Below are positions 40,581 through 52,479 of a DNA stretch of 64,000 nt, piece after piece. Source of the DNA: Azolla caroliniana. Lineage: Eukaryota > Plantae > Polypodiophyta. The notes beneath the pieces are model-generated. The model was not told the DNA's origin and made no database searches. It saw only the letters and a program-made list of their open reading frames with translations. Position 1 is the stretch's first letter, and every line of letters starts with the position of its first letter. The translations under genes were made by a program, and so were the position numbers. The stretch covers positions 4,402,001 through 4,466,000 of the forward strand of contig JBHGNT010000006.1 in the NCBI GenBank assembly GCA_043228905.1. Direction: 5' to 3'.

Positions 40581-42796
40581 TTTTATAATAAAAAAAAAAC
40601 TACTTCCATTAGTTAAGCAATGTACAAAGGATAATTTACAATTCATATCTTACACGACATCTTGCATGTCAAAGGAAAACAATATGTGTAGATGAAACAC
40701 CAAAAAAAAAAACAACAACTCCAAAGCACCACATCATTCGATGTGTATAGCATTACTCGGACGCATATTCTCCACGTGAGCCTCATACAAAATAGAATTC
40801 AGCATAGATGTCCTCCATTCACTCCTCATGACAGCACCCATCTAGATGTTCGGTACACTCGGAGGGAACAACCATCGTGGTGGTTGATAATTCCACTTCA
40901 CTTTACCATATATTATCTGCAACATCGACGAACCACTCCATTTCAGAAGGAAACGAGCTCTAGCTTCTTCCCTTGCGTCAAATGACCCTTGAAGCCTTTC
41001 AAACTCTCCTCGCAACGTAGAAATAAGATTAAACCAGATCATCATTAATTTCTCAGCTAGTGGGGTTCGTTTACTTGCGAAAGTCTCCTTGCACCTAGAT
41101 ACCCACACTTGCCAGACCGTAAGGCCGACCACTAATACCCATATGTCCATGTAGCGTTCCTGTAAGAAGAATAAACCTCCTTGCACTGGTTGCACAGATC
41201 CTTGCATCACCTGTAAAGAAGGATTGTTTCCATTCCACCCTTGAAACCACGAGGCCGATTCAGTGGCCAACCAAGTGATTGTTGCGCTCGATACATGAAC
41301 CTCAAACCCGAAACGAGCCAAGATTCTTAAGCTCCTTAGCCAAATTTCTTGTGCTCGTGGGCAACACCACAAACAATGAGCGATGTCCTCCAAGCTCGCA
41401 CTACAGGCCTTGCAGCTACTCATGTCGCCTCTATTCCCAAGCCACTCTCTTGTTGGAACAACCCGATGGGTGATTAACTAGAAAAACACTTTGATCCGCT
41501 CGGGAAGGGATGAGTTCCATATCCTGCTCTTGGTTCTATCCACGAAGACTGAATCGATAGCTGCTTGGGTCCACTTGTTGGCACACTTCTCACGATACGA
41601 ACCTAACTTTCTCCCCAAGCACGTTGAGTATTCGAAGAAACCTAATGATTTATCTTGTTCTCCCTTCCACGTGTATTCAACAGGATCCCATTCTACGCGC
41701 TCGAGAGGCTTGCTTTCAACCACGTACAAGATCCAATCCTCCTCAAGCTCTTCGATTGGTGGATTCACCTTCCATTTCTTTCTGTCTCTTGCCACAATTC
41801 TAATCGGGTACCAGCCTGCACTTTCATCTAATAATCCCATTTGGATAGTCTTCCCATTCTTTCCTAGACCCCTGACATCGATAATTTTTTCGATATCATC
41901 ACATTGTCCGGACCATTCACCCTCTTCCTCGTTACCAATAGGAAGCGAGGAGACAGCTGTATTGACTACGCTAAGCATCTTTCTACCATTTCTGACCTTT
42001 GCCATGTCTTCATATAATTGATCACGATTATTGCCAGACAACCGCATCCAATCACCCATCGAGTGTATCCCTAGACAATACAATATAGCTCACGGCATGC
42101 GCTTGCTTTGTCCAAGCATCGTTCCTTCTGGCAATTGTACTGTCTCATTCCACAATAGGAATTCAGTTGCAACAAGTTCAAAGCAAAATCTGGTAGATAT
42201 TGACAAAGGAATTCAGTTGCAACAAGTTCAAAGCAAAATTTGTGACAAAATTCGCAACTGGTCAGGGATGAACTTATCTTTGGTTGGCAAGATCATAGTC
42301 CCTAACCATGTGCTCTTGTCTACGTTATGGCATGCAGTTTCAGTGTGGATGTTTGACAAGCAAGCTATTCGTACTGTTAAATCGTGTATTAGGGGATTCC
42401 TTTGGGCTGGGATGAGGAAAGACAGCGCGACAGCCAAAGTATCATGGTCTACGTTGGTTCTTCCCAAGAGTAAGGGGGGTTTAGGATTGATTGACCCTGG
42501 ATTGCAGAGTCAGGCATTGTTATGTAATGTATTGGTAAGGAGCTTGCTACCCGGTAACGAGTTATGGAAAACATTGATACATAATAGGAGCATTCTCTGG
42601 AGTCCAAGACTGGGTGGGCAATGGAAGTCACACAAAGCATGGCCTTTTTGTATGGACTTAAAGTTAAGGAAATCTAACCGGTTGGCTGATCGTACTTGTA
42701 TGTTAGTGATGCAGGTGTGGAGTATGCTCCGAGGGCATCTAAGTCGGAATCGTCCAAGTACTAGTGCTGAATGGATGCGCCAACCCCTATTGTGGA
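40581..42796 (-). mobile_element. 5'-truncated, 5'-inverted L1-clade LINE (twin priming); 16-bp TSD TTGACTTTCATGTTTT
   Basis: TSD at 40565-40580 and 42797-42812. Short poly(T) at the left end. 3' ORF2 (zf-RVT CKAC...DIAHCLWCC) on the minus strand to about 42160. The upstream ORF2 part (LSLVGKIIVPNHVL...KGGLGL...WMRQPLLW) lies on the plus strand, about 42160-42796. Confidence 0.88.
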
Positions 42797-44385
42797 TTGA
42801 CTTTCATGTTTTACCTCCGCTATTGTATGCATAATGTATGACATAGTTGTGTTTGTCTTTTAACATCAAATCATGTATACATTTGGTTAGAAGAAAATAT
42901 TGATAGATATTAATGTAGCAAAATGCACCACTAAACAATGCACTACTTTAGTTTGATGCCTCTATGTTAACATGTTTTGTTTTTGAAGATTTAACACTTC
43001 AAATACACAATAACTCTATGAAAAGCTATCAATTGAAGAAAAACAGAGACTTACATTAAAAAGATACATATTCCAAGTTTAAAGAAGCATGTATAAAAGG
43101 GTCGTGGCTCCAAATCGTGAACAATTTTGAAGAAAGTATTTATTGATTGTTTTATACACTCATTATATCTATCTCATTGTTATTTATCCCTATTTGCTCT
43201 AAATTTTCCTACATTTCATGCAACTCACATTTTCATATAGCATCAATGTATCTTTATAATATAAAACATTCATGTGGAGCAATAAAGTAGAATGCCAATT
43301 ATTAATACCAAGTGTTGTTTCAAGAATTTTGAAATTGATGTGTAGCCAACTTACTCCCTACATATGTTGAAACAAATGTTTTAACAATTTTTATACACCA
43401 TCATTACTGGGGACAAGCTTGGTTCAAGGGTTCCACATGCACCAATATGATGACATCGACAAACCGAAGACATCAAGCAAATACAAAAGCAAGTAGCATT
43501 ACAAAGTCAACTTAGTTGTTTATGCCTCCAAACGAGTTTTAAAAGCACCATTGTTGCCAATCTTTAATCAACTATAATGCTCGCCGTGATTTGTTCCCTA
43601 CTCTTAGGTCCTGTTTGGCTAATTATTCATTCTTGGGTATGAAAACACTTATTTAAATACACATTGGATGAGGAAAAGGTTTGAACTAGTAGAGCATTGT
43701 TCTCATATGTTGGATGGAGACACATGCTTTGGTTCTTCCATTAAACATCAGACTTCATGCGATAACAATGAATGTGGGCGTGACAAATGCTTTCCTCTTC
43801 CTCGATCATGAGCACCATCCAAATGTGTCGAGCATTTAGCCATCCACGACCCATGCTATATGTGCCAATGTTTGGGTTTGTCGTCCGCCAATAACATCGA
43901 TTAGATATTGAATTGAAGCATAACTATCGTTACGAATGAACAAAACACCTGGTTATTGAGCTCCATACGATTGAATGCGGGAACTCTTTTTGTGTGAAGA
44001 AGATAGCTCATGCGCTTTTGTGCCATTTTTCGTGAATTTCCTCTACCAAGGGCATAGATTTCAAAATCAAAGAAGTATAACTAACGGTTTCAATGAATCA
44101 ACACATGGGTGTGGTCGGTCATCGATGAAAACACTTCTTTGTTGGATGGACCCTCGAAACCGTTGACGATATTCGAAGCTTTTCAAGCGGTTGTTTGTAA
44201 ATGTGTTGGAAGTTGATAGTGAAGATTTTGTTTTCGGTTCTATGATGTGTGAATATTCTCATCCATCCCTCACATAAGTGGGCATGTGGTCTTTGTGTGG
44301 TAACATGTACAAGTTGCAAAAGCTCTTGATTGAAATTTAAAGGGTATAGGGCCTATTCTACAGAACAGAGAAGAAGAAGAAGAAG

Positions 44386-46858
44386 ATGTCACATATGACC
44401 CTCCTCCCTGCTCCTTCTCCTGCTGTGGGTGGTCTCTGTTTCAAGAGACTTCCATATTTGAAACTCCCGTCGCACAGTCCACTCTCACATCACCGTAGAA
44501 GAAGCTATGGCTATGGATTTGTTTCTTCTTCTTCTGTTTTTACCACACCTAGGGGGTCTTTTCACACTCCCTCCCCCGAAGACAGGCCTGGACTTACCCA
44601 CATTTGCAATACATTGGAACTCTGTTTCTTTGAGGTATGCTTCTTGTCCTCTCTGAAAATATTATCGGTTCCCTTCTTCTTGTTGTTGTTTCTCTATTTC
44701 TCTCTCTCCAATTGTTTTTTTTCATTCTCTTTCCGATTATACTTTTGTTAGATTTCCCCTCTTTTCCGTTATTTTCTTGTTAAATCTTCCCTCATTTCAT
44801 TTATATGTTGTTATTTTCGTTTTTCTCTATTTTCAACTGCATTTATTGCTAATTTTTTCTGGGTCATTTCAGGTCTATTGTTACTGAAATTTCTCATTTT
44901 TTTTTGCAATTATATGGCTGTTTTTTCTCTCTCTTTGTTTTTTCAATTGTATGTCCAAAGTTTGGTCGAGCTTCAAAAGCATAGGGAATCAACTCTTAGC
45001 ACATGGGATGCAACTGCAAGTACACATTACTGACTTCTTCCATATGTCCACACCTCCATTTGCAACATGCAGAGGAGTCACCATACAGCGACTAAAGGAG
45101 GCGCAGTTGTAATTTGCTTTATTTATTTATTCTTTTCCATTGTCCAAGGTTGTTTCTTTCTTTTTTATTGTGTTTTGCTTTCGTTTTTTCAAGGAAGTAT
45201 TGTGATTGGTAATCTTAAATAACTGGTTTTGTTTAGTTTGTCTTATTGCTGAAATTTTGGTCTTCTAAAGATAAACTCAAAAACTCTTTATTGTTAAACA
45301 AGAGCTTCTCAGTTAAACAGTTTCATTGACCCAAAAATGAATCTCTGTTAATACTCCAGAAGACATTTTAGGTTTGTATTCGGAATCTTGGGAGGCCCTT
45401 AGGGGTGGCTTTGCATGGTTTCGTCTCTACAATAGTGGAGGCTTTTACACATGGCTACACGCGTGAACAACTGTTGTTAGAAATTGCGGTAATGTTTTCT
45501 GTACAGAAAAGAAAAAGAGTCGTCACAATCTGACACACAATTGTACAATGAATTATTTGGCTGGAATAATATTTTAATGTCGTTTTTTATGCTTAGTTTG
45601 GATCAGTGCGGATGAATGAATTTGAGATAGGCACAGTCGGATGCCGATTGACATCCATGGACATGCATTATCGTTCTAAATGGCTTGAGACTGTATATAT
45701 ATGCATATATCTCAACTACATTTTAAAAATTTGTTTTTCCAAAGATGATGAAAGTAGATTTGATTTGATTCAGGTTTATGTAACTCTACACATGCTAAAT
45801 GCCAATGACTATGATGCATTGGATTCGGCTATAACTTCAGATGCACAGCTCTACAGTACAATTCGTGTGCGTTACTGATATATATTAATTAATACTAGAA
45901 GATATGCTTGTTTTGGCGACCTTTGCAATGATAGCCTGTCGATTTTACTTATGCAATACTTGCTTGTTTTGTTTTGTCATTTGACATATTATTTAGCATA
46001 CACTTGATCGGCAAAACAAAGGGGATGAACCGGTAATACCATTTCTTCTCTTTTATTTTTCAAATAAAACATTTATATTGCTTCATGGGAAATCTCAATA
46101 TAAGGTAGGTTAGAGAGAATCCACAAAAGAATTCTTAACATGTACAAAAATCCACAAAAGAATTCTTAATATGTACAAAATTGGCCAAGAGTAAAATATG
46201 GTGCTGAAAAAAAAAAATCACTACAAAGGCAAAAAGGTGTTTGTAGTGGAAAACTCACTCTTATATGTATAACCATTATAACATTAATGGAGTTGATTTT
46301 GACCATAGGTATAGATCCATAGATCATGGAACTTAGCTACAATATGAATAATAGCTATGGTTTGGACCATGGCCAAAGGTTAATTGGTACAATAGGTCAT
46401 GTAGCTAAATAAGCCACAAAGTAGTTAGTAGTCCGCACGTGTAGTAGATATGTCATCTCACTTGTGTAGGTATGACCTATTTCATATCACATGTAGATGT
46501 GGCTTATTTTGCAATCCGTAGGTGGATATATATCATGCCACATATGTGTAGGTGGGTCTAAATCGTGTGACATATGTGAGGGGACATTGCATTTTGAAGT
46601 AGATGTTTTGTTTATAAATTTGGAATCTTGTTGTAGAGCGTCATCGATTTTGATCGACGTAAAGGTGCACCCAGCAGTTTGGTGTCTGAAAAAGTAGTTA
46701 TTAATCCACAGATGATGCCAGTGAGCCAACTTGTTCTTTTGACTGTGAAGGTGAGCCGAAAATAGCAACTATCAATTAAGATTACTTGGTTTATGTATAA
46801 CTTAGTTGACTAACTAATTGATTTTGATCAATACTAGGTCATCAATGAGCGCAAGTGA
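44386..46858 (+). CDS. Uncharacterised, probably plastid-targeted protein; exons 44386-44634, 45372-45488, 45597-45692, 45774-45866, 45997-46032, 46712-46750, 46838-46858 (about 216 aa)
   Basis: Ser/Pro/Arg-rich transit-peptide-like N-terminus. GT-AG, all phase-0 exons join to ...LELCFFE-VCIRNLGRPLGVALHGFVSTIVEAFTHGYTREQLLLEIA-FGSVR...YRSKWLET-VYVTLHML...-HTLDRQNKGDEP-MMPVSQLVLLTVK-VINERK*. The last three exons are less certain. Confidence 0.68.
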
Positions 46859-48767
46859 TGGTCAACTACCTTCCTGGTGAACCTTCTACGAGAAAACTTA
46901 TTTTTTGTTGTGATTAAAAGGAAAGCATGCCACTGCATTGTTGTATTATATGTGGGATTACAAAATTCCATGTTATCTTGTTATATATGATGATATTTTC
47001 TTGATTGCATCCATTTTGTTCACAAATCATGTCCTTGAATGTTTGAAAGGCTTGAGTAGTTTTTATGTTTCCAGCATCAAGTAGAATGGATTTTAAGCAT
47101 TTTTCTCGACGTATATGTAACGAAGATAAATAATTGGGGTTTATAATTAACTTATGTACACATAATACTAGGAAACTAACTATATGTTGTACCTAAAGTT
47201 ATAATATGCGAGTTTCACTAATCCTTGCTTCTTCAATTTTGCTACTATCTTCTGAAAAACATGCGATCTTGGAAACATGAATGTAGTGTTTGTTGACAGA
47301 AAACATATGAATTCCAAGGATAATGATATATCCAAGCTAATTGAAATTTAAACATCTTTCTGAGTACTATGTTCGAACATTCGAGCACTCGTCATTTTCT
47401 TGAAATTACTTGCTTGCTTCTCAACAAATGCAATTTCTTTGAGATAATGTGAATGCATTCAATATTAATGTGATTGAATCAAAATCCTACTGCAATAATT
47501 GACTTTCATAATAAATTACGTGTTTCATGATGTGATGTCACTTCAACCAAGAAAAAAAAAACTAAGGGTAGTAGAAAAATGAGGACAACTAACCTTCTCA
47601 TTGAGTGTGTGGTTAAAAACCATGGCGTACTCTATAGTTTTTGTGCGCTAAAAAAGGGGTTTGGGGTATAAGCATCTCATCCTATGTTTCATATGCTTGC
47701 TGACTACCATTGAAAAAGAACTCTAGAGCACCCAATCTATCTCTTTCAATATTAACTGGATGTAAGCTTATTGTCATGACGCTTATTTGTATGGTAATAT
47801 CTCCTCTCTCAAATATTTTGCAATCTCAAAGTATACAGTGAGTGATCCTCTGCATGTGTTGTAATCTTATTGTATTATTTTTTGTGTAGATTGAAAACTG
47901 AATAACGTGACGTGATTTTAGTAAGAATAATCCATTATATTAATATTCAGCCAACAAGAATGATCCTCACAGGTTCTGTACTTTTGAAATGCCAAGTAAT
48001 AGCATCTAAGAAGCGTTCCATTGACACTTTAGAGTATCAATCTACTCATGGCCAAACCAACTTATAATTATGGTAGAATGCTACCTTCATACATTGACAT
48101 TCATTTTTAACTAGACTAAAAAGTTAATGTCATATTCCCAGGACAAAGTTTAGTGTCTAGATTGATTCTAGACACGGTACAGTGCCCATGATGACATTGT
48201 CAATACTCTAGTTTTCAGCAAGTTCAAACAAACCCAACGTTTCCATGCCTTTTTCAAATCTAAATACACCATTGCAAATCTATGTGAAATTTTGCATTCA
48301 AAATGGTTCACAAACTCATACTGTAAATTGTAATACAAGGACTAGAATTGAAACCAATGGCATTCAAACTACATACTTTTGTGATTGTCTTTGTTTACTT
48401 TCAGTTTGTTATCTTTTTAAAGTTTACTTAGAAATTCAGAATGGGTTACACACAAAAGAAATTGAATCTTTTTATTGGATCTGATAACAAAACTTAATAA
48501 TTGGGAGATGAAACTGAAAAAAGGTTTGTCATACAACTTTCTTGAACCCCAAAAGTTTATAATGTATGATATACAAATTTCACCTGAAGACAACCAAATG
48601 TTTGATTGATTCTTAAAATTGTGCCATGATAAACAAGTGCTTAACACGACGATAAATATTGCAGAAAACCTTTTAAGGAAATCGATGGTATAGTAAATGT
48701 ACATGAATCGAAAAACTGGTTTACAGATCTTTCAATATATGAGGGCTTATAATCTAGGTACAAAATT

Positions 48768-50543
48768 TCAAACTTCAGGTTTCTTTGCCTCTGTCTCTTT
48801 CTCTGTTGTATTGCTAGCTTTAAGAGCATCTGATAGCTTTTCATATATTTCATGCATCACACTTGTTGGTTGAATCGCCTTTTCAGACAGAATCTTGAAA
48901 GCAGCATGTTGAAGATTTGCTTTGGTAAGTGATTGAGAAATGACTAGATATGTAACATCATCTGGCACACAGTGTCTTGTTACCATCAAATCTAATATTT
49001 GAAAAGCCTCAACAACTTTCCCAGACGCACAAAGAGCACCAATATATGAAGTAAATGATTTGACACTATGACTGCATCCCCTCTCCCACATTATCGCTAG
49101 CAATTTTTTTGCTTCTTCGATTCTTAGTGCTTTGCTAAGACTCGAAATCAATGTGTTGTATATCACAACATTCCACGTGAAACCTTTCTTATCAACTGTC
49201 TTCGAGAGCTCAATTGCCTCGTCCAGCTTCCCGGCTTTACATAGCCAGTTTATTAGAGTGCCATAGGTCACGATACTTGTCTTGCATACCTTCTCAATCC
49301 TTTCCACGACAGTCTCAGCTTCTTCACCCTTTATTACTCCTTTGCAAAGATTCTCGATGATAGCATCTGAATGTATAAATGTATCCCCCACTTGCTTCTC
49401 AAACAATCGGGTTGCAGCATCCGCCTGACGTGCCTTACAAAGGGCTGAAAGCAAGGTGTTATAAATACATGCATCTGGAACTAGTCCAGTAGAATTCATT
49501 TGTTCCAAAATACTTGAACATTCATTAATTCGACCTTGTTTGCAGTAATAGTTCACCAATATGGAGAAAGACACAATAGTAGGTGAACAACCTGCTTTTT
49601 CCATATGAGTTATCATTGAGGTTGCATCATCTATCTTTCCAGCCTTGCAAAACCCATCTATCAATGTGTTAAAAGTGATGGCATTTGGTTTACAGTTATT
49701 CGATTCCATTGCTTTCATGACTTCAACAGCATTTTCAAACCTTGAAGCCCTACATAAACCACTCAAAAGGGCATTGTACAGGGCAGCATCAAGCTCAATT
49801 CTACTATCCACGGCTTCTCGAATAAGCTTTTCAGCTTCTTCGATCTTACCAACATCACAAAAACCTGAGATAATGGTTGTATAAGACACTTTGTCTGGGA
49901 AAAAACCTGCACTAACCATGCTACGAAGGACATTCAGTGCATCTTCAAGCCTTCCTACTTTAGTATATCCATTCATAAGAACACTATACATGATTTGATC
50001 GGGGGAATGTCCCATACTTAACATATCATGGAACACCTCTTCAGCTCGGTTTATATACTTAGCCTTCACAAGCCCATGTATAAGGATAGTATAAGCATGA
50101 AGAGATGGCTCCCTCTCTAAAGTCCTCATGTGTTCGAATATTCTTTCAGCTTCGATAAGCATATCCAAGCAACCATAGATTCTTATCAATTTGTTATAGA
50201 ATCTAGCGTCTCCAGACAATCCAGCATTCCTCATGTCCTCAAGGTAATGCGAGATACCTCTGATATCTTTAGATTTAGAGAGGATATCGATAAGGGCAGC
50301 ATATGATTGAGCATTATGCCTATAGTTTCTTTGTTGTCCAGCCCATCCAAAGAAACCAGTAGCAGATAATGGATTATTCATCCGTTTAAGTACATGACAT
50401 ACCAAAGAAGGTCGGATAGATGCAGAAAAAGGAGCTAATATATCTGCAAGATGTTGTGGTCCATGGAAGCCTCTCCGAAGTACATCCACAATCTCTTCGA
50501 TCTCCTTCCAATGAGAAAGACCATGTTTAAAACTCTGCTTCAT
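48768..50543 (-). CDS. P-class pentatricopeptide repeat protein, intronless, 591 aa
   Basis: FFGWAGQQRNYRHNAQSYAALIDIL lead-in followed by tandem 35-aa P repeats (PNAITFNTLIDGFCKAGKIDDA etc.). Confidence 0.9.
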   Translation of the reverse strand: MKQSFKHGLSHWKEIEEIVDVLRRGFHGPQHLADILAPFSASIRPSLVCHVLKRMNNPLSATGFFGWAGQQRNYRHNAQSYAALIDILSKSKDIRGISHYLEDMRNAGLSGDARFYNKLIRIYGCLDMLIEAERIFEHMRTLEREPSLHAYTILIHGLVKAKYINRAEEVFHDMLSMGHSPDQIMYSVLMNGYTKVGRLEDALNVLRSMVSAGFFPDKVSYTTIISGFCDVGKIEEAEKLIREAVDSRIELDAALYNALLSGLCRASRFENAVEVMKAMESNNCKPNAITFNTLIDGFCKAGKIDDATSMITHMEKAGCSPTIVSFSILVNYYCKQGRINECSSILEQMNSTGLVPDACIYNTLLSALCKARQADAATRLFEKQVGDTFIHSDAIIENLCKGVIKGEEAETVVERIEKVCKTSIVTYGTLINWLCKAGKLDEAIELSKTVDKKGFTWNVVIYNTLISSLSKALRIEEAKKLLAIMWERGCSHSVKSFTSYIGALCASGKVVEAFQILDLMVTRHCVPDDVTYLVISQSLTKANLQHAAFKILSEKAIQPTSVMHEIYEKLSDALKASNTTEKETEAKKPEV

Positions 50544-50772
50544 CAGATGAAAAGTACTTGGGAAAATAAACCCCAGACCCTCACTTTAACCCAAATTCAT
50601 CAGAAGAGAGGATCTTTCTGATAAACCAAAATGAACATTTCCCCTCCAAATACACTTCCAAAAAACCATAACTCTAATACTAAACCTAATTCACCAAAAA
50701 ACAGATCTTTCTGAGCAACCCAACTGAACATTCCCCCTCAAAATACTCTTTTCAAAACCCCTACTCCAAATT

Positions 50773-50803
50773 CTAACCCTAACCCTAACTCTAGCCCTAG
50801 CCC
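50773..50803. promoter_or_regulatory. Telo-box-like / telomere-like hexamer repeats upstream of the PPR gene
   Basis: ctaaccctaaccctaactctagccctagccc, about 230-260 bp upstream of the ATG at 50543. Confidence 0.35.
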
Positions 50804-51599
50804 GAAACCATCAGAAACAGAGCTCCCATGTATAGCTCATCATAAAAAACCACCAGATCGCCCAAATGGCCATTTCTCCTCTCCGTGAAGGAAACCGTTT
50901 TAAAACCCCTGCAAAAAACAAGCCTACTAACTAGAGAGGGAATGGGCATGATGGAATTCTTGTGTGTTGAACCTTTGCCCTAAATCCAATGAATGTTGTT
51001 ATGGCCAGCCTAAGTATGTTGTCAATAGCTACCTTCTCGGGCCTGATACAAGCAAAGTTGGGTCGAAGGTATGTTAAGTCTCCTTGAGACAAAACACGCA
51101 CACACACATATCCCCAATAGGGAAACCCATCAATGGAATCATTGACGGCTAGATAACCAGGGCTACATAGAGAAGTTGTTGGAACTATTGAGTGTATGGG
51201 GCACACCTTTCCTTAGCAAACAAGCAAGGAATGTACACGTAGTAGGATCACGTTGTTGTTGGGCCAACAGATTGTTAGAACTTTTGTAGCAGCTCCATGG
51301 GCATCCACCCCAATGCGAACATGTATAAGCTTTTTTTTGTTGAGAATCAAACTCAACTTCCCTAGTGTGAACACCCCACCTCCTAGTATACATATAGTAA
51401 CTAGTGTGTCATAGGACCTAAAGTCCTATGGCACATATTTCATAAGTAATTAATACTCCACCTCTTTCCCAAGAGGTGGTTCTAATGAGAGAACTTAGAG
51501 AGAAGGTGACTACATAAGCACCGTCTCCTTGTCTTTGTAATTGTTGGTTGCTTCTTGTTAATATAGTTTTCTTGTTTTCTATATACATTGTGTTTTTTT

Positions 51600-51600
<1 letters not shown>

Positions 51601-51666
<66 letters not shown>
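51601..51666 (+). repeat. Compound microsatellite (CT)n(CA)n within the Copia 5' LTR
   Basis: Long CT then CA run. The 3' LTR copy (about 63153-63179) is much shorter. Confidence 0.9.
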
Positions 51667-51667
<1 letters not shown>

Positions 51668-52370
51668 CTTTTCTGTTACACATAATCACTCCTGATTCTT
51701 TACATGGTATCAGAGCGCTTGGTAGCTTGATCCAAGTCCATCTACGTGTGTTGTGCCTAAGCCCACGTTCACGAAGAACTGACTGATCACTATAGTAGCA
51801 ACATGCATAGTTCGCATCATAGAGAAGAAGAAGAAGAAGTTCAACATGAATACTCCGATGGGAGGCGCTCTTCCTACTGAGAAACTTGACAACAACAACT
51901 TCGCATCTTGGGAGTACAAGATGCACCAATACCTTGTCGGTCAAGGCTATGTGAGCTATGTCGAGGGAGCACAAGAAAATCAACCCAACCCAACACATGT
52001 CGACCACCCAACTTGGTGTCAAGACTGAGAGGGAGAAAGAGAGAGAAAAAGAGATAGAGAGATAATTGAAAGAGAATTATTATATTGAAGCGTAAAATGG
52101 ATTACAAAGAGTAGGCTACAAAATGGCGTTGAACCAATTTAGGTTTGGGATGGGTGGTAGATCCCTATTTATAAGTAATAGAGAACTCTCTAGAATATTC
52201 TAGGTTATCCTAGAATGTAGAGTAATCTAGAAGATCTCTAGAGTATTCTAGAAGGTTCTAGTGGTATAGAACACTCTAGAATATTCTAGGTCATTCTAGA
52301 ATGTAGAGTAATATAGAATATTCCTATGATATTAGATTTCATATTCTAGAGACTATATATATAAGAATAT

Positions 52371-52425
52371 TAATACAATGGTTAAGGATTTGACATGTGT
52401 ACAACAAGGTCGTGGGTTCAAATCC
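52371..52425 (+). promoter_or_regulatory. tRNA-like Pol III A/B-box module in the 3' LTR (second copy at 57757-57811)
   Basis: A-box-like TAATACAATGG(TTAAGG) and GGTCGTGGGTTCAAATCC with a perfect B box at 52415-52425, 44 nt apart. Confidence 0.6.
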
Positions 52426-52479
52426 TTTCGAGTCATAACGTGAGTGTCATTATCCTTTCGATGCATGATGTGACTGTTA

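Noticed and set aside
42031-42834. 267-aa ORF as a host gene
   Set aside because: It is the inverted L1 ORF2 segment fused to antisense and flanking sequence.
43300-44330. Possible decayed DNA-transposase (MULE-like) remnant
   Set aside because: Only vague motif resemblance. No TIR, TSD or convincing frame was found by eye.
46637-46664. Extra 28-nt exon in the unknown gene
   Set aside because: It has AG/GT borders but shifts the frame to a less plausible C-terminus. RNA data are needed.
52360-52440. Functional tRNA gene in the LTR
   Set aside because: A/B boxes are present, but there is no acceptor stem or canonical anticodon arm. Treated as a tRNA-like module only.
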